A DNA stretch of 64,000 nt from Candidatus Ratteibacteria bacterium (GTDB lineage Bacteria > Ratteibacteria > UBA8468 > MWAK01): NCBI GenBank assembly GCA_041653615.1, contig JBAZEZ010000001.1, forward strand, positions 14,041-78,040, read 5' to 3'. This document shows positions 25,629 to 35,117 of the stretch, one piece after another. How positions within the stretch are numbered: the first letter of the stretch is position 1; each line of letters opens with the position of its first letter. The notes below the pieces were generated by a model. The model was not told the DNA's origin and made no database searches. It saw nothing but the letters and a program-made list of their open reading frames with translations. The position numbers were made by a program, and so were the translations under genes.

Positions 25629-27424
25629 GATGTCCGATTATGCCCCAAAAAAGTTTTGGTACGTTTTTGATAAATTATAAAGGTTGGGTTGGGATGGCAC
25701 CAGTCACTCGGCGCATCATCCCCCCGCCGAAAAATAAACGGACCAAGTTTCGTCGGTTTCTCAATCATTTTCAATTCAGTATAACCACAATCGCGGAGAA
25801 TATCAATTATCTCTTTCTTCGGTAGATTACGCAACCAATGATATTCGGAAAAAATAAAAAAACGGGCACCGGAGTTTTGAATAACCCGTTCTTCCAATCC
25901 GGTAATCGCCAAACGGTATTCGGCAAACGGAAAGGCCGGCGTACGCCAGGGAGAGGGAAGATCAGGCATGGCAATCATACTTCCGTAAGGAATATTTTCC
26001 TTAATCCACTTCCCGGCAATATCGCGGGTATTGGGTTCCCGGAAAGAAAAAGAGGCGGCGATTCCGTAAAAAGCGGTGAACAGAAGCGTGAAAATCAGGT
26101 AAACACCGGCGCCCATTCTAGCCTTCCGCAGGGATAACAAAAACACCAGAAACCGAACGGCGAGAAGCGCCATGATTGCAAAAAAAGGCAGGATGTAATG
26201 GGCATACCCGGTTGTGCTGCTTGCGCCATAAACAAGAAACGGGACCAGCAACAAAACCAGGAAAATATCCTCTTTGCTGTGTCGTAAAACAGCCAAAACC
26301 AGACCGAAGGCAGCCGCGAACCAGAGAGGGGTTCCCAAACCGTAGCGAAGCGTGCCTCCAAAAAAAAGAGTAAACCTTTCCGGGGTGATTCCAAACTGCC
26401 ACATACCGGAAACCCCCTTCGCTTCCAGGAGAAATTCGCGAAAAGAAGGAACCAGACAGGGATTAACCAAAAGAAATACTCCCAGGAATACCGCCAGACA
26501 GACACCGGAAAACCGCCAGGGAAAAGGCCGGCGGTCCGACCGCCCGGCCAGGAAGACCGCCAAAATCAGACCTAAAAAAAGATAACCGTATACAACTAAG
26601 GTTCCGGCGGCCAGGCCGGAGAATACCGCCGCGAGCACCGCCGCCGAACGCCACTTCTCCCGTTTCAACACGTAAGCAATAAAAAAGAGACCGCCGTTAA
26701 ACCAGAAAAGGACATAGGCGTACGGTTTAAGGTAATGAGCCCAGAGGATTACCGCCGGGCAAAACGCATAGAAGAAAGAGGCGAACAAGGCGGTCTTTTT
26801 ATCAAAGAGCAGCCGGACGAAGAGGTAAAAAAAGAGAAGGGAACAAACTGCCGCCAACGCGCCCAGACAACGACCGGCAATAAAAACCTTCCCCATTTCA
26901 ACCGGTTGTTCCAGGTAGTTGTCAATCGAAGACTGCAGTTTCAAAAACTTAAAAAAGTCCGCCAGTTTCACGGTCAAAGCCAGAGGGTAGAGATAAGCAC
27001 CGCCGTACTGGAAAAAGTGCGGATTGAACTTTTTTTCCAAGGGCCGGAAATTACTGAGGGCGATTACGGCGCGCTGTTCGTCGGCTCCGTAAGAACGAAG
27101 CAGATAAGACCTTAAGCTGTTCACGAGATTCAAGGGAACTTTTTTAACCAATCCCCCGTTTTCGTGAATAGATATTACCCGTTCCGAACCGGCATCAAGA
27201 CTTGCGCCTACGGATAGAAATTCACCGAAAGAACCGACTTTTTCGTAAATATTCGCACGCGCCGATTTCATCGGCTCCAGAAAATATCCGGCCTCATTAG
27301 GAGAGGAAAAAACAAGGGCCTTCCTGTATTCCCCGGGAACACCCCAGCCGATTCCGTAAAAGCAGAGGTAACCGAATATAACCAAGAGAACCGACAAGAA
27401 TAAAATTTCTCTCTTCTCAATCAT
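25625..27424 (-). CDS. GT-C fold membrane glycosyltransferase, paralogue B of the 22664..24412 gene
   Basis: Start at the internal Met (MIEKREILF...) makes an ATGA overlap with the upstream GT2 gene. GIGWGVPGEY parallels GINWGVPDKA. About 12 transmembrane helices plus a C-terminal domain. Confidence 0.6.
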   Translation of the reverse strand: MIEKREILFLSVLLVIFGYLCFYGIGWGVPGEYRKALVFSSPNEAGYFLEPMKSARANIYEKVGSFGEFLSVGASLDAGSERVISIHENGGLVKKVPLNLVNSLRSYLLRSYGADEQRAVIALSNFRPLEKKFNPHFFQYGGAYLYPLALTVKLADFFKFLKLQSSIDNYLEQPVEMGKVFIAGRCLGALAAVCSLLFFYLFVRLLFDKKTALFASFFYAFCPAVILWAHYLKPYAYVLFWFNGGLFFIAYVLKREKWRSAAVLAAVFSGLAAGTLVVYGYLFLGLILAVFLAGRSDRRPFPWRFSGVCLAVFLGVFLLVNPCLVPSFREFLLEAKGVSGMWQFGITPERFTLFFGGTLRYGLGTPLWFAAAFGLVLAVLRHSKEDIFLVLLLVPFLVYGASSTTGYAHYILPFFAIMALLAVRFLVFLLSLRKARMGAGVYLIFTLLFTAFYGIAASFSFREPNTRDIAGKWIKENIPYGSMIAMPDLPSPWRTPAFPFAEYRLAITGLEERVIQNSGARFFIFSEYHWLRNLPKKEIIDILRDCGYTELKMIEKPTKLGPFIFRRGDDAPSDWCHPNPTFIIYQKRTKTFLGHNRTS

Positions 27425-28116
27425 CAAAACCCCAGCCGTGACTTCAAAATAAACCAGCCCGTTTCGAAACCGTCTTTCCAACCTATTTTTTTACCTTGAA
27501 AACGGGTGCGGGGAGCATAACTTATCGGTACTTCCCAAATCCGGTATCCCTTTTTCAAAAAAATGACCGTTAATTCCGGTTCCACCTCAAAACGCGAGGA
27601 CTTAATCTCTTCCGGCCTTACGGCATTCCTCAAAAAAACCTTGTAACAGGTTTCCATATCCGAAAGACCGCTCCCATAAAGAAGGTTGGTCATGATAGTC
27701 AGGAAACGGTTGGCAAAAAAATGAAGAGTAAACCTGTTTCTCCTTCCCGAAAATCGCGAACCATATACGACCTCAGCCTTCCCCTCTAAAATAGGCGCCA
27801 TAATCTTCGGGTACTCGTCCGGAACATATTCCAAATCGCCGTCCTGAATAATTACCACTTCCCCGGAAACCAGCTTCAATCCGGTACGTATCGCGGCTCC
27901 CTTACCCTTGTTTTCGGAATGGGAAACGATTTTTATGTCATGCCCTTTTTTTCTTAACTCTTGCGCCGTCTTATTCAAACGGTCCCGGGTGCGGTCCTTC
28001 GACCCGTCGTCAACCACAATAATCTCCTTCTCCACCGGCACCCCGGCCACCCGCTCCAGAATTTCGCTTATCGTACTCTCTTCGTTATATACCGGAATTA
28101 TTACCGAAAGTTTCAT
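27424..28116 (-). CDS. GT2 glycosyltransferase, DPM1/Ppm1-like polyprenyl-phosphate sugar synthase
   Basis: LSVIIPVYNEESTI..VVDDGSKDRT...QDGDLEY. 230 aa with no transmembrane tail. Translationally coupled to the GT-C paralogue B. Confidence 0.8.
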   Translation of the reverse strand: MKLSVIIPVYNEESTISEILERVAGVPVEKEIIVVDDGSKDRTRDRLNKTAQELRKKGHDIKIVSHSENKGKGAAIRTGLKLVSGEVVIIQDGDLEYVPDEYPKIMAPILEGKAEVVYGSRFSGRRNRFTLHFFANRFLTIMTNLLYGSGLSDMETCYKVFLRNAVRPEEIKSSRFEVEPELTVIFLKKGYRIWEVPISYAPRTRFQGKKIGWKDGFETGWFILKSRLGF

Positions 28117-28157
28117 TTAATAAGTTCTTCATCGCGCGCGTATTCCGCGCGGCAATC

Positions 28158-29309
28158 TCATGCCGTTATTTCGCGATAAATCTCCAGTGTTTCCCGGGCA
28201 GTTCTTTCCCAGGAAAAAAGCCTTGCGTGTTCCAAGCCCTTCCTTTTGAATTCTTCCCGTAACTCCCGATTGTGCAATAATTTTTTCAGGCCGTCGGCAA
28301 TCTCCTCCGTCCGGTAGGGATTCACCAGCAAAGCTGCGTTGCCGGCGACTTCAGGCAGAGAAGCAACATTTGATGTAATAACCGGACATCCGCAAGCCAT
28401 CGCCTCCAGAACCGGCAAACCGAAACCTTCGTAAAGAGAAGGGAAAAGAAAAATCTCGGCCAAATTATAAAAGGATACTAATTCCGAACTCAAAACATCC
28501 GAAAAAAACACGGTCTTTTTTATAAGATTCAGCCGCTTGACGGTATCGATAACCGCCTGGTGGCCGCGACCCGGGCTACCGACTAAAACCAGATTTAAAT
28601 CCGGATAATTTGCGGCTATCAATCCGAATGCTTCGACAACGCGCACTACGTTTTTATGGGAAGAAGTTGGCGCCACCGAAAGAATAAACCTTTCTTTCAA
28701 CCGGTATCGCTCTCGAAACGAAGACAGCCGGGTCGCGTCTTCAATAACCCGCGATTCCTTCCCGGCTCCGCCGGAATAAATAACCTTCACTTTTTCCGGC
28801 GGAACTTTGTAATAATCTACAATTTCTTCTTTAGTGTATCGGGAAACCGCAATGATCATATCGCTTTGTTTTAAAGAGCGGCCAAGCGTATAATGCCAGG
28901 AAAACGGAGACCGGGAAGCCGGAAACCACTCCGGATGAATCTTAAAACCAATGTCGTGTACCGTAATTACCGACTTCGTTTTTTTTAAAGGCGGTAAAGT
29001 TTCGTCAATTCCGTGGTAAACATCTACCTTTTCCCGCCTCAAATCTCTCTCCCGAAAAAAGAGCCTGAATTTCCAATCCAGAAAGTTTACCAGATTCCTG
29101 GGCCTTTGGTAGAACCGGTGGGTAAACCCTTCCGGCAGGCTCGCGACGGTATCCGTTGTCCGGGTGCGGAAATTTTTCCAGAATTCTCCGGTAACCAAAT
29201 ATTGGTTATCCCTATCGACAAGGGGCAACGCCTCAATGAACCTTGCGGCAAAAACCTCAAGGCCGGTTTTAGGCGCGCCGGTATTAATCCAGCTCAGGGC
29301 TATCTTCAC
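28158..29309 (-). CDS. GT4-family (GT-B) glycosyltransferase
   Basis: C-terminal EGFGLPVLEAMACGCPVITSNVASLPEVAG is the GT4 E-x7-E region. Confidence 0.85.
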   Translation of the reverse strand: MKIALSWINTGAPKTGLEVFAARFIEALPLVDRDNQYLVTGEFWKNFRTRTTDTVASLPEGFTHRFYQRPRNLVNFLDWKFRLFFRERDLRREKVDVYHGIDETLPPLKKTKSVITVHDIGFKIHPEWFPASRSPFSWHYTLGRSLKQSDMIIAVSRYTKEEIVDYYKVPPEKVKVIYSGGAGKESRVIEDATRLSSFRERYRLKERFILSVAPTSSHKNVVRVVEAFGLIAANYPDLNLVLVGSPGRGHQAVIDTVKRLNLIKKTVFFSDVLSSELVSFYNLAEIFLFPSLYEGFGLPVLEAMACGCPVITSNVASLPEVAGNAALLVNPYRTEEIADGLKKLLHNRELREEFKRKGLEHARLFSWERTARETLEIYREITA

Positions 29310-29342
29310 AAAACCTGCCCCCCTGTCTTAACCCTCAATTCC

Positions 29343-30527
29343 TCAGACATTTGCTAATTCCTTCATTGCTTCGGCAAAAGAATGTTCGTTATGGTAACTG
29401 ACACACGCTTTTCGCATGATATTAATCTTTTCTTTGATATTTTTATCTTCAGATATTTCCACAAACCGCGAAATAAGGTTCGGCATTGACCAATCGGTAA
29501 TCAAATCCTGCAAATCATATTTACTCAACTCATGAGCCATCCAGGTGCCTTGCGTAACTATCGGTATTTTTCCGGCAACAACGCATTCGATAAAGATCCC
29601 GGATGTCGCTTCACGATACTGATTTAAATCATACGGAAGTAAAATAATATCGGCGGTTGACATCCAGTCGGCGTATTCTGAAATTGACAAAGAATCTTCT
29701 ATCTCCCATAAGTTACCAGTTTCCGTGCCTGTGCCGAGCTTAGCGTTCCGAGCAACAACCAGGCATAATTTACCCGCATCTTTATGACTCGGTAATGATA
29801 GCGATAATTTTTTCAAAACATCCAAGCCTTTTTCGACGCGGGGCGGTCCGGGCCACCAACAGATTATTTTTCCGCTAAACGCAGCCGGCAAATCAGAGCG
29901 CAAACCCCGGGTATTTAAATTCGCGTGAGGAATAGGCATCAGAGAAACCGTCCGGCCAAAAAAACTCCCCAAAGAGTCCCGCAAAAGCTCGCTATCCGTA
30001 AGCAGCCGAACACGAGAATTAAACAAAAACGATAATATCCGATTCAACGTTTTATACGCAAAACAATACCTTAAAAATACCGGTTCCTGCCGGTAAAGCA
30101 CCCAGACGGATAAATTTTTACGGGAAATAAAAAAAGAGGACAGCGCAAATCCGGTTAAGTGCGTTACATTGAAAGATTCGACAAATATTATTTTCCGGGA
30201 AGGTCCGGCTATTAAGTTTTGCTTATTTAAAAACCGGTGTAATGATAAAACGTATCTAATGAATTTTTTCAGATTTGCATACATCCGCCGAAACATGCCG
30301 GCCCGTAGTATATCAAGTCGTTTTAAACACTTTATCCAGTCTTCGGCAACGTCCGGAAGGGCGCAATCTTCCGGTACCGCTACAACATATTTCCAGCCGT
30401 TTAATTCCGCCGCCCTGCTCACGGCTCTATGATAATGCACCTCATGGCCCGCTAAATTTCGCAAGAGCGGAACGATAGCAATCAAGCAAATTCCCCGCCC
30501 TTTACCCGATAATTTCAAATCTCCCAT
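29343..30527 (-). CDS. GT-B fold glycosyltransferase (GT4-like, divergent)
   Basis: C-terminal ILLPYDLNQYREATSGIFIECVVAGKIPIVT resembles the GT4 donor-binding region. The start is uncertain (ATG at 30527 or TTG at 30551). Confidence 0.55.
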   Translation of the reverse strand: MGDLKLSGKGRGICLIAIVPLLRNLAGHEVHYHRAVSRAAELNGWKYVVAVPEDCALPDVAEDWIKCLKRLDILRAGMFRRMYANLKKFIRYVLSLHRFLNKQNLIAGPSRKIIFVESFNVTHLTGFALSSFFISRKNLSVWVLYRQEPVFLRYCFAYKTLNRILSFLFNSRVRLLTDSELLRDSLGSFFGRTVSLMPIPHANLNTRGLRSDLPAAFSGKIICWWPGPPRVEKGLDVLKKLSLSLPSHKDAGKLCLVVARNAKLGTGTETGNLWEIEDSLSISEYADWMSTADIILLPYDLNQYREATSGIFIECVVAGKIPIVTQGTWMAHELSKYDLQDLITDWSMPNLISRFVEISEDKNIKEKINIMRKACVSYHNEHSFAEAMKELANV

Positions 30528-30564
30528 TTTCTTTTTACCGGTCCCCGCCAATTAACCGCACCCG

Positions 30565-31935
30565 CTAATTGCTCAAACAAATTTCATGGGAATCCCGGTA
30601 TCTCTTCCAAATCAGAAGTATGAAAGAAACTAAGGTAATATTTATGATTAAATATCCGATTGCCATCCCTATATCTGCGTAATATTTTCCCAATATCAGA
30701 GTTGATAAACCAACCAGAATTCCGGCCGAGAGAGATATAAACATCAGGGGTTCTTCTTTGTGGGCGCGTATATAGGCGGAAAAAGGAATCGTAAAAGTAA
30801 CAATAATCTGGGCCAATATGAAAATCCCGGCCGATAAGGGACTGAGCAGTCTTGAAGCCAACGGGATGCTTAACAACTTTAAAAAATAGATAACAAGCCA
30901 AACCATTAAACCGATAATCATGCTGACTAAAGTTATCATTTTTACTATTTTCCAAAAAAGAGCATCCAATTCCGGATACTTCCGTTGTGCTATCAAAATA
31001 CCGAATTGCGGCACTTTCGGGGCAAGCAACGCGCCGGAAATAGACCCGATAACCATGATTAGATTCCAGGTCAAGCCGAACTGTCCGGCGAGCACCGGAC
31101 CATGATAGCGGAAAAGAACCGGGGTGAAGAAAGAAAATACAAAATAACCGCTCGCCCAGGAAATGGCAATTCTCCACTGCATCGGGAGTATGTCTTTCTT
31201 CCAAATAATAAGTTCTTTTCCGGGTAACGAAAAAAACAAAGTCTTAATAAAGTTCCAGTATTTTCTCTTTAAAAATATTACGGAAATAAATATACAAGCC
31301 ACGCTTGAAACAGCCGGCGTCCATAAATTCAAACCGGCCAACATTGACGCCCAGGCAGCTAAAGACCCCAGCATTCCCTGCCAAAGCCGGAACCGATACA
31401 CGTTGGAAACCTGATTGCACCCTTCAAGCAAAGACCATATCGGCACTCCAAACGTAATTATCCCGGTAAGCAAACACAATGTCAACCACGGAAACAGCCA
31501 TTTAATATTTAAAGCGCTGGCGTGAGAAGTTGAAAAAAAGACAACTCCTCCAACGCTCAGCCCCAACATTAATACTATGCCCGCAACAAAATACCATCTT
31601 ATCGCAACTCTCGCCATGCTAATTAGCCTTGAGAGTGCATCATCGTCTCCGACGATAAAACCGTTTGCGTCAAGACTCAATCTTGACCATTCATGACTGG
31701 CAAATTGAATGATTACGGTGCCCAATCCCAACTCCACGAAAATCTGCAGAGCAAGAAGATTCCAAAAAGTGTAATAATAACCTTGAATTTGCGGAGTGAA
31801 TTTGCCGGCAATTAAAAGTACGGTTACGGGAGCGGCGGCGATTCCCCAGATCCTGGTCAAAACTCCATAAAGAGCGGCACGGTCCACCCCTATCCGATGC
31901 AGCCATTCCTTAAAACACGCGGTTTTTTCTGTCAT
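30565..31935 (-). CDS. Wzx-like oligosaccharide flippase (MOP superfamily)
   Basis: About 12 transmembrane helices. Start taken at the internal ATG (MTEKTACFKEWLHRIG...). The 76-codon N-terminal extension in the ORF track lacks a ribosome-binding site and looks non-coding. Confidence 0.55.
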   Translation of the reverse strand: MTEKTACFKEWLHRIGVDRAALYGVLTRIWGIAAAPVTVLLIAGKFTPQIQGYYYTFWNLLALQIFVELGLGTVIIQFASHEWSRLSLDANGFIVGDDDALSRLISMARVAIRWYFVAGIVLMLGLSVGGVVFFSTSHASALNIKWLFPWLTLCLLTGIITFGVPIWSLLEGCNQVSNVYRFRLWQGMLGSLAAWASMLAGLNLWTPAVSSVACIFISVIFLKRKYWNFIKTLFFSLPGKELIIWKKDILPMQWRIAISWASGYFVFSFFTPVLFRYHGPVLAGQFGLTWNLIMVIGSISGALLAPKVPQFGILIAQRKYPELDALFWKIVKMITLVSMIIGLMVWLVIYFLKLLSIPLASRLLSPLSAGIFILAQIIVTFTIPFSAYIRAHKEEPLMFISLSAGILVGLSTLILGKYYADIGMAIGYLIINITLVSFILLIWKRYRDSHEICLSN

Positions 31936-31966
31936 GATTTTCCCAAATTTCCCATCAACAAACGAC

Positions 31967-32956
31967 TCACCAACGATGAAAGATAATCTGGCTGCCCAGG
32001 CCATCAAAAGAAAATTCCGTTTCGCGTAATTCGGGCAAAGCGCGCCGCACCTGTTGTCGGTGCCGGGGTTCAACATAAAACAACAAAAAACCGCCGCCGC
32101 CCGCCCCCAGCAACTTGCCCCCCCCCACCCCCGCCTGACGCGCCCGCTTGTAAACCTCATCAATCCCGGAAACCGAAATTTTACTGGAAAGACGGCGCTT
32201 AAGCATCCACCCTTCGTGCAGTAGAACCCCGAATTCGGAAAGGTCGTTCTTCCCGGTCAGCACTTTGATTCCCTTACTGACAAGCGATTTCAAACCATCT
32301 AATTCTTTCGCGTTTTCGCCGGTCCGGGTGCGTTCAATCTGCTCATCCAATACCTCGTGGGCATGCCGCTGTATTCCGGTATAAAAGAGAATCAGGCGGT
32401 CTTGCAACGCACCCAGACGTTCCGGGTCCAACACGACCGGGTTAATCCCCACCTTTCCGTTCCGGTGAAATTCCAAATGCAGCAACCCGCCCAAGGCGCA
32501 CGCATATTGGTCCTGACAGCCGACACGTTCCTTGATTAGTTCCTGTTCAACATGTACGGCTTCTACCGCAACTTGCTCCCGGCTGACTGCCTCGCCCTTA
32601 AAAGCGTGAAGAGCCATCAGCAAACCAACGGTTGCCGACGAAGAAGAACCCAGCCCGGTGCGGGCCGGCAGATCGCTCACGTAGTGGATTTCAATTCCGC
32701 CGTCTACGCCCAGAAAACGAAGGCATTCCCGGGCGGAAGGATGCTGAATTTCGTCAATATGTTGGACCGATTCCACCCGCGAATAGTGAACGCGAACGCT
32801 ATGGGCCGAAAATTGGGTAATACGGTGTACGGTTACAATCGTGTGTTTGTTGATGGTCGCCACAAGCGTGGCGCCGCCGTGCCGGCGGAAATACGCGGGA
32901 TAGTCGGTGCCGCCGCCCAAAAAACTGACCCTAACCGGCGTCTGGGTGATAATCAT
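31967..32956 (-). CDS. GHMP-family sugar kinase (HddA/WcbL-like D-glycero-D-manno-heptose 7-phosphate kinase)
   Basis: Start at the internal Met (MIITQTPVRVSFLGGGTDYP...) gives an ATGA overlap with the upstream gene. GHMP motif PARTGLGSSSSATVG. Confidence 0.7.
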   Translation of the reverse strand: MIITQTPVRVSFLGGGTDYPAYFRRHGGATLVATINKHTIVTVHRITQFSAHSVRVHYSRVESVQHIDEIQHPSARECLRFLGVDGGIEIHYVSDLPARTGLGSSSSATVGLLMALHAFKGEAVSREQVAVEAVHVEQELIKERVGCQDQYACALGGLLHLEFHRNGKVGINPVVLDPERLGALQDRLILFYTGIQRHAHEVLDEQIERTRTGENAKELDGLKSLVSKGIKVLTGKNDLSEFGVLLHEGWMLKRRLSSKISVSGIDEVYKRARQAGVGGGKLLGAGGGGFLLFYVEPRHRQQVRRALPELRETEFSFDGLGSQIIFHRW

Positions 32957-33891
32957 GGCGTGCCCTTCCCGGCGGCTAACAGATTTTCCCGTTCTTCCCA
33001 GAACCAGTCGCTGGTCTTCGCAAGACCGGTGTTTAACGGGGTCATCATCACATCGGGAAGTAAAACATTCATCTTTTTCACAACCAGACATTTGGATTCG
33101 GCTCCAATGTAACGGGTGGAATCAAATTGAATGGCATTAAAATCGTAACCGGCCTTAGCACAAATCAATCCGGCAAAATGGCGGATGGAAAATTCTTCTC
33201 CGGCTCCGATATTAATAATATCATTGTCGCAAACACCGGTGAGTTTCAGCATAATTTTAACAAAATCATCGACAAACACCAGTTCCCGGCGTTGCCATCC
33301 GTCTCCCCAAAGGCAGACCGGTTCGCCGTAAATTTTCCCCCGAAGAATTTTGCGGATAATATCGAAAATAAAATGCATTTGCCGGCCATCAACATGATAA
33401 CCGGGTCCGTAAAGCGTGGAAGGAACAAGGTAAAGGTATTTCAAACCAAATTGCTTATGCAAAGCGAGCAAACCCGCGTAAAGCATGCGCTTGGTCAGGG
33501 CGTAAGTAAACAAACTCTCAATCGGCATACCAAGCAGATAGTTTCCCTCTTCCAACGGCAAATCCGGGTCATAGGCGCAACTGGAACCCATACAGATTAA
33601 TTTTGCCTGCGGCTGACACTTTTGCCACCAGGCAAGCACATTGGTATTAATCTGCTGGTTAATAACCCACTGCTCCCCGGGGTGACGCAAACAGAAATCA
33701 CCCGCTTGCGTCCAGGCAGCCAAATGGTAAATTTGGTCGTAGACCTGGCCGTCAAATTGCTTTAAGGATTCCGGCCGGGTCAAATCGCAATTTTGGGAAT
33801 TCAAACGGACCGGTTGGTATCCTTGCGTCTCTAACTTCCGGCAAAGCGCCGTACCCAAAAAACCCGTCGCTCCGGTAACAATAATTTTCAT
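32953..33891 (-). CDS. GDP-L-fucose synthase (Fcl/WcaG)-family 3,5-epimerase/4-reductase
   Basis: MKIIVTGATGFLG...IYHLAA...GSSCAYDP...YALTKR...LYGPGYH...WGDGWQRRELVFVDD aligns block by block with Fcl. Confidence 0.7.
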   Translation of the reverse strand: MKIIVTGATGFLGTALCRKLETQGYQPVRLNSQNCDLTRPESLKQFDGQVYDQIYHLAAWTQAGDFCLRHPGEQWVINQQINTNVLAWWQKCQPQAKLICMGSSCAYDPDLPLEEGNYLLGMPIESLFTYALTKRMLYAGLLALHKQFGLKYLYLVPSTLYGPGYHVDGRQMHFIFDIIRKILRGKIYGEPVCLWGDGWQRRELVFVDDFVKIMLKLTGVCDNDIINIGAGEEFSIRHFAGLICAKAGYDFNAIQFDSTRYIGAESKCLVVKKMNVLLPDVMMTPLNTGLAKTSDWFWEERENLLAAGKGTP

Positions 33892-35117
33892 GTTTCAATC
33901 CCTTCAGGATTTACCGGAAAGTAAAATTCCACCCCTTTGTCCAGAAGGCGCCGGTTATTGGCGAGAATTTCCGATTTGAAATTCCACGCCAGAACGTAAT
34001 AAATATCCGGCGCTTTTTTTAACTCTTCTTCGATGACTATGGGAATATGCATTCCCGGCGAATAAAGTCCGCCCCGCAGTTTGTTCTTTTCCACTAAACA
34101 ATCAAGGTACTGTGTCCCGATACCGAAATAGTTTAAGAGCGTATTGCCTTTTGCCGGCGCGGCGAAACCAAAAATTATTTTCCCTTGCCCCCGGGCCTCT
34201 CCCAAATAAGTAAGGTTCTCTTCTTTCATGCTTTTAATACGCCCGGCAAATTCAAGATAAGTTAAAAACTCATTGCTTTTTTCATCTTGTTCCGCTTGAC
34301 GCAGGGTATGGAGCCGCTCGGAAACCGGCCTCTTTCCCTGGTGGGTGACAAAACCAACAATAGAACCCCCGTGGATAGGAGACAGGTAAGCATCAAACAG
34401 GGCCAGCCCGTGATGATTCAACAGCGCTTCAATTGTCTGAAGATTGTAATAGAGCAGGTGTTCATGGTAAATCTGGTCAAACGCCATATTTTCCACAATC
34501 CGCTTCATGTAAAGAAACTGGACTACAAAAACGCCGTCTTCCCGCAAAGCTTCCCGAATGCCCTCTGTTACGGAATGCAGTTCTTCCAGATGAAAAAAGA
34601 CGCCGGCGGCGTTGATAACCTGAAATTTCCGCCCCAGACGTCGAACCAGTTCCAGGTTGAAAAATTCGTTTATGGTTTCAATCCCCGCGTCCCGGGCAAT
34701 CCGGGCCGGAATTCGGGCGGAATCAACCCCCAAAACCCCGTAACCCAAATCCTGAAAGTGCTTTAATTGGGTTCCGTCGTTGGACCCGATATCAAGAACT
34801 GATTTATCTTTCGTATCGCGAAAAAATCGCGCGTCCACTTCCCCGGCAACCGCCTTAAAATGGGCGCTTAGTGTTTTCGTGATACCCGAAAGATAGGTGT
34901 GGTCAACAAACATAACATCCCGGGGAACGGTATAATCAAGTTGGACGGCGGCACAATTGTGACAATACACGACCCGCAGAGGATAAAAAGGTTCTTGGCC
35001 GATTTCCTCTTCTTTTAAAAAATTGTTGCACCAGGGCTGTTCGCCAAGGTCAATCGCGAGCTCTAAACTTTCGGAATCACAGATACGACAACGTGTAATC
35101 CGGTTCCCCTCACGCAT
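33888..35117 (-). CDS. NDP-hexose C-methyltransferase (TylCIII / C-methyltransferase C-terminal-domain family) with an N-terminal zinc ribbon
   Basis: Start at MREGNRITRCRICDSE...CHNC (CxxC...CxxC). Methyltransferase core VLDIGSNDGTQLKHF, then the characteristic C-terminal domain. Confidence 0.7.
   Translation of the reverse strand: MREGNRITRCRICDSESLELAIDLGEQPWCNNFLKEEEIGQEPFYPLRVVYCHNCAAVQLDYTVPRDVMFVDHTYLSGITKTLSAHFKAVAGEVDARFFRDTKDKSVLDIGSNDGTQLKHFQDLGYGVLGVDSARIPARIARDAGIETINEFFNLELVRRLGRKFQVINAAGVFFHLEELHSVTEGIREALREDGVFVVQFLYMKRIVENMAFDQIYHEHLLYYNLQTIEALLNHHGLALFDAYLSPIHGGSIVGFVTHQGKRPVSERLHTLRQAEQDEKSNEFLTYLEFAGRIKSMKEENLTYLGEARGQGKIIFGFAAPAKGNTLLNYFGIGTQYLDCLVEKNKLRGGLYSPGMHIPIVIEEELKKAPDIYYVLAWNFKSEILANNRRLLDKGVEFYFPVNPEGIET

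Noticed and set aside
30584-31204. 206-aa minus-strand ORF inside the flippase gene in another frame
   Set aside because: Frame shadow. The flippase frame gives 12 coherent transmembrane helices.
31936-32163. 76-codon N-terminal extension of the flippase ORF (MMRFTSGRVRRGWGG...)
   Set aside because: Arg/Gly/Cys/Ala-rich, non-hydrophobic and lacking a ribosome-binding site. The internal ATG at 31935 starts the membrane domain. Treated as 5' leader rather than coding.
32552-33140. 186-aa and 77-aa plus-strand ORFs opposite the GHMP kinase and Fcl-like genes
   Set aside because: Antisense to two well-supported genes. Arg/Gly/Pro-rich with no motifs.
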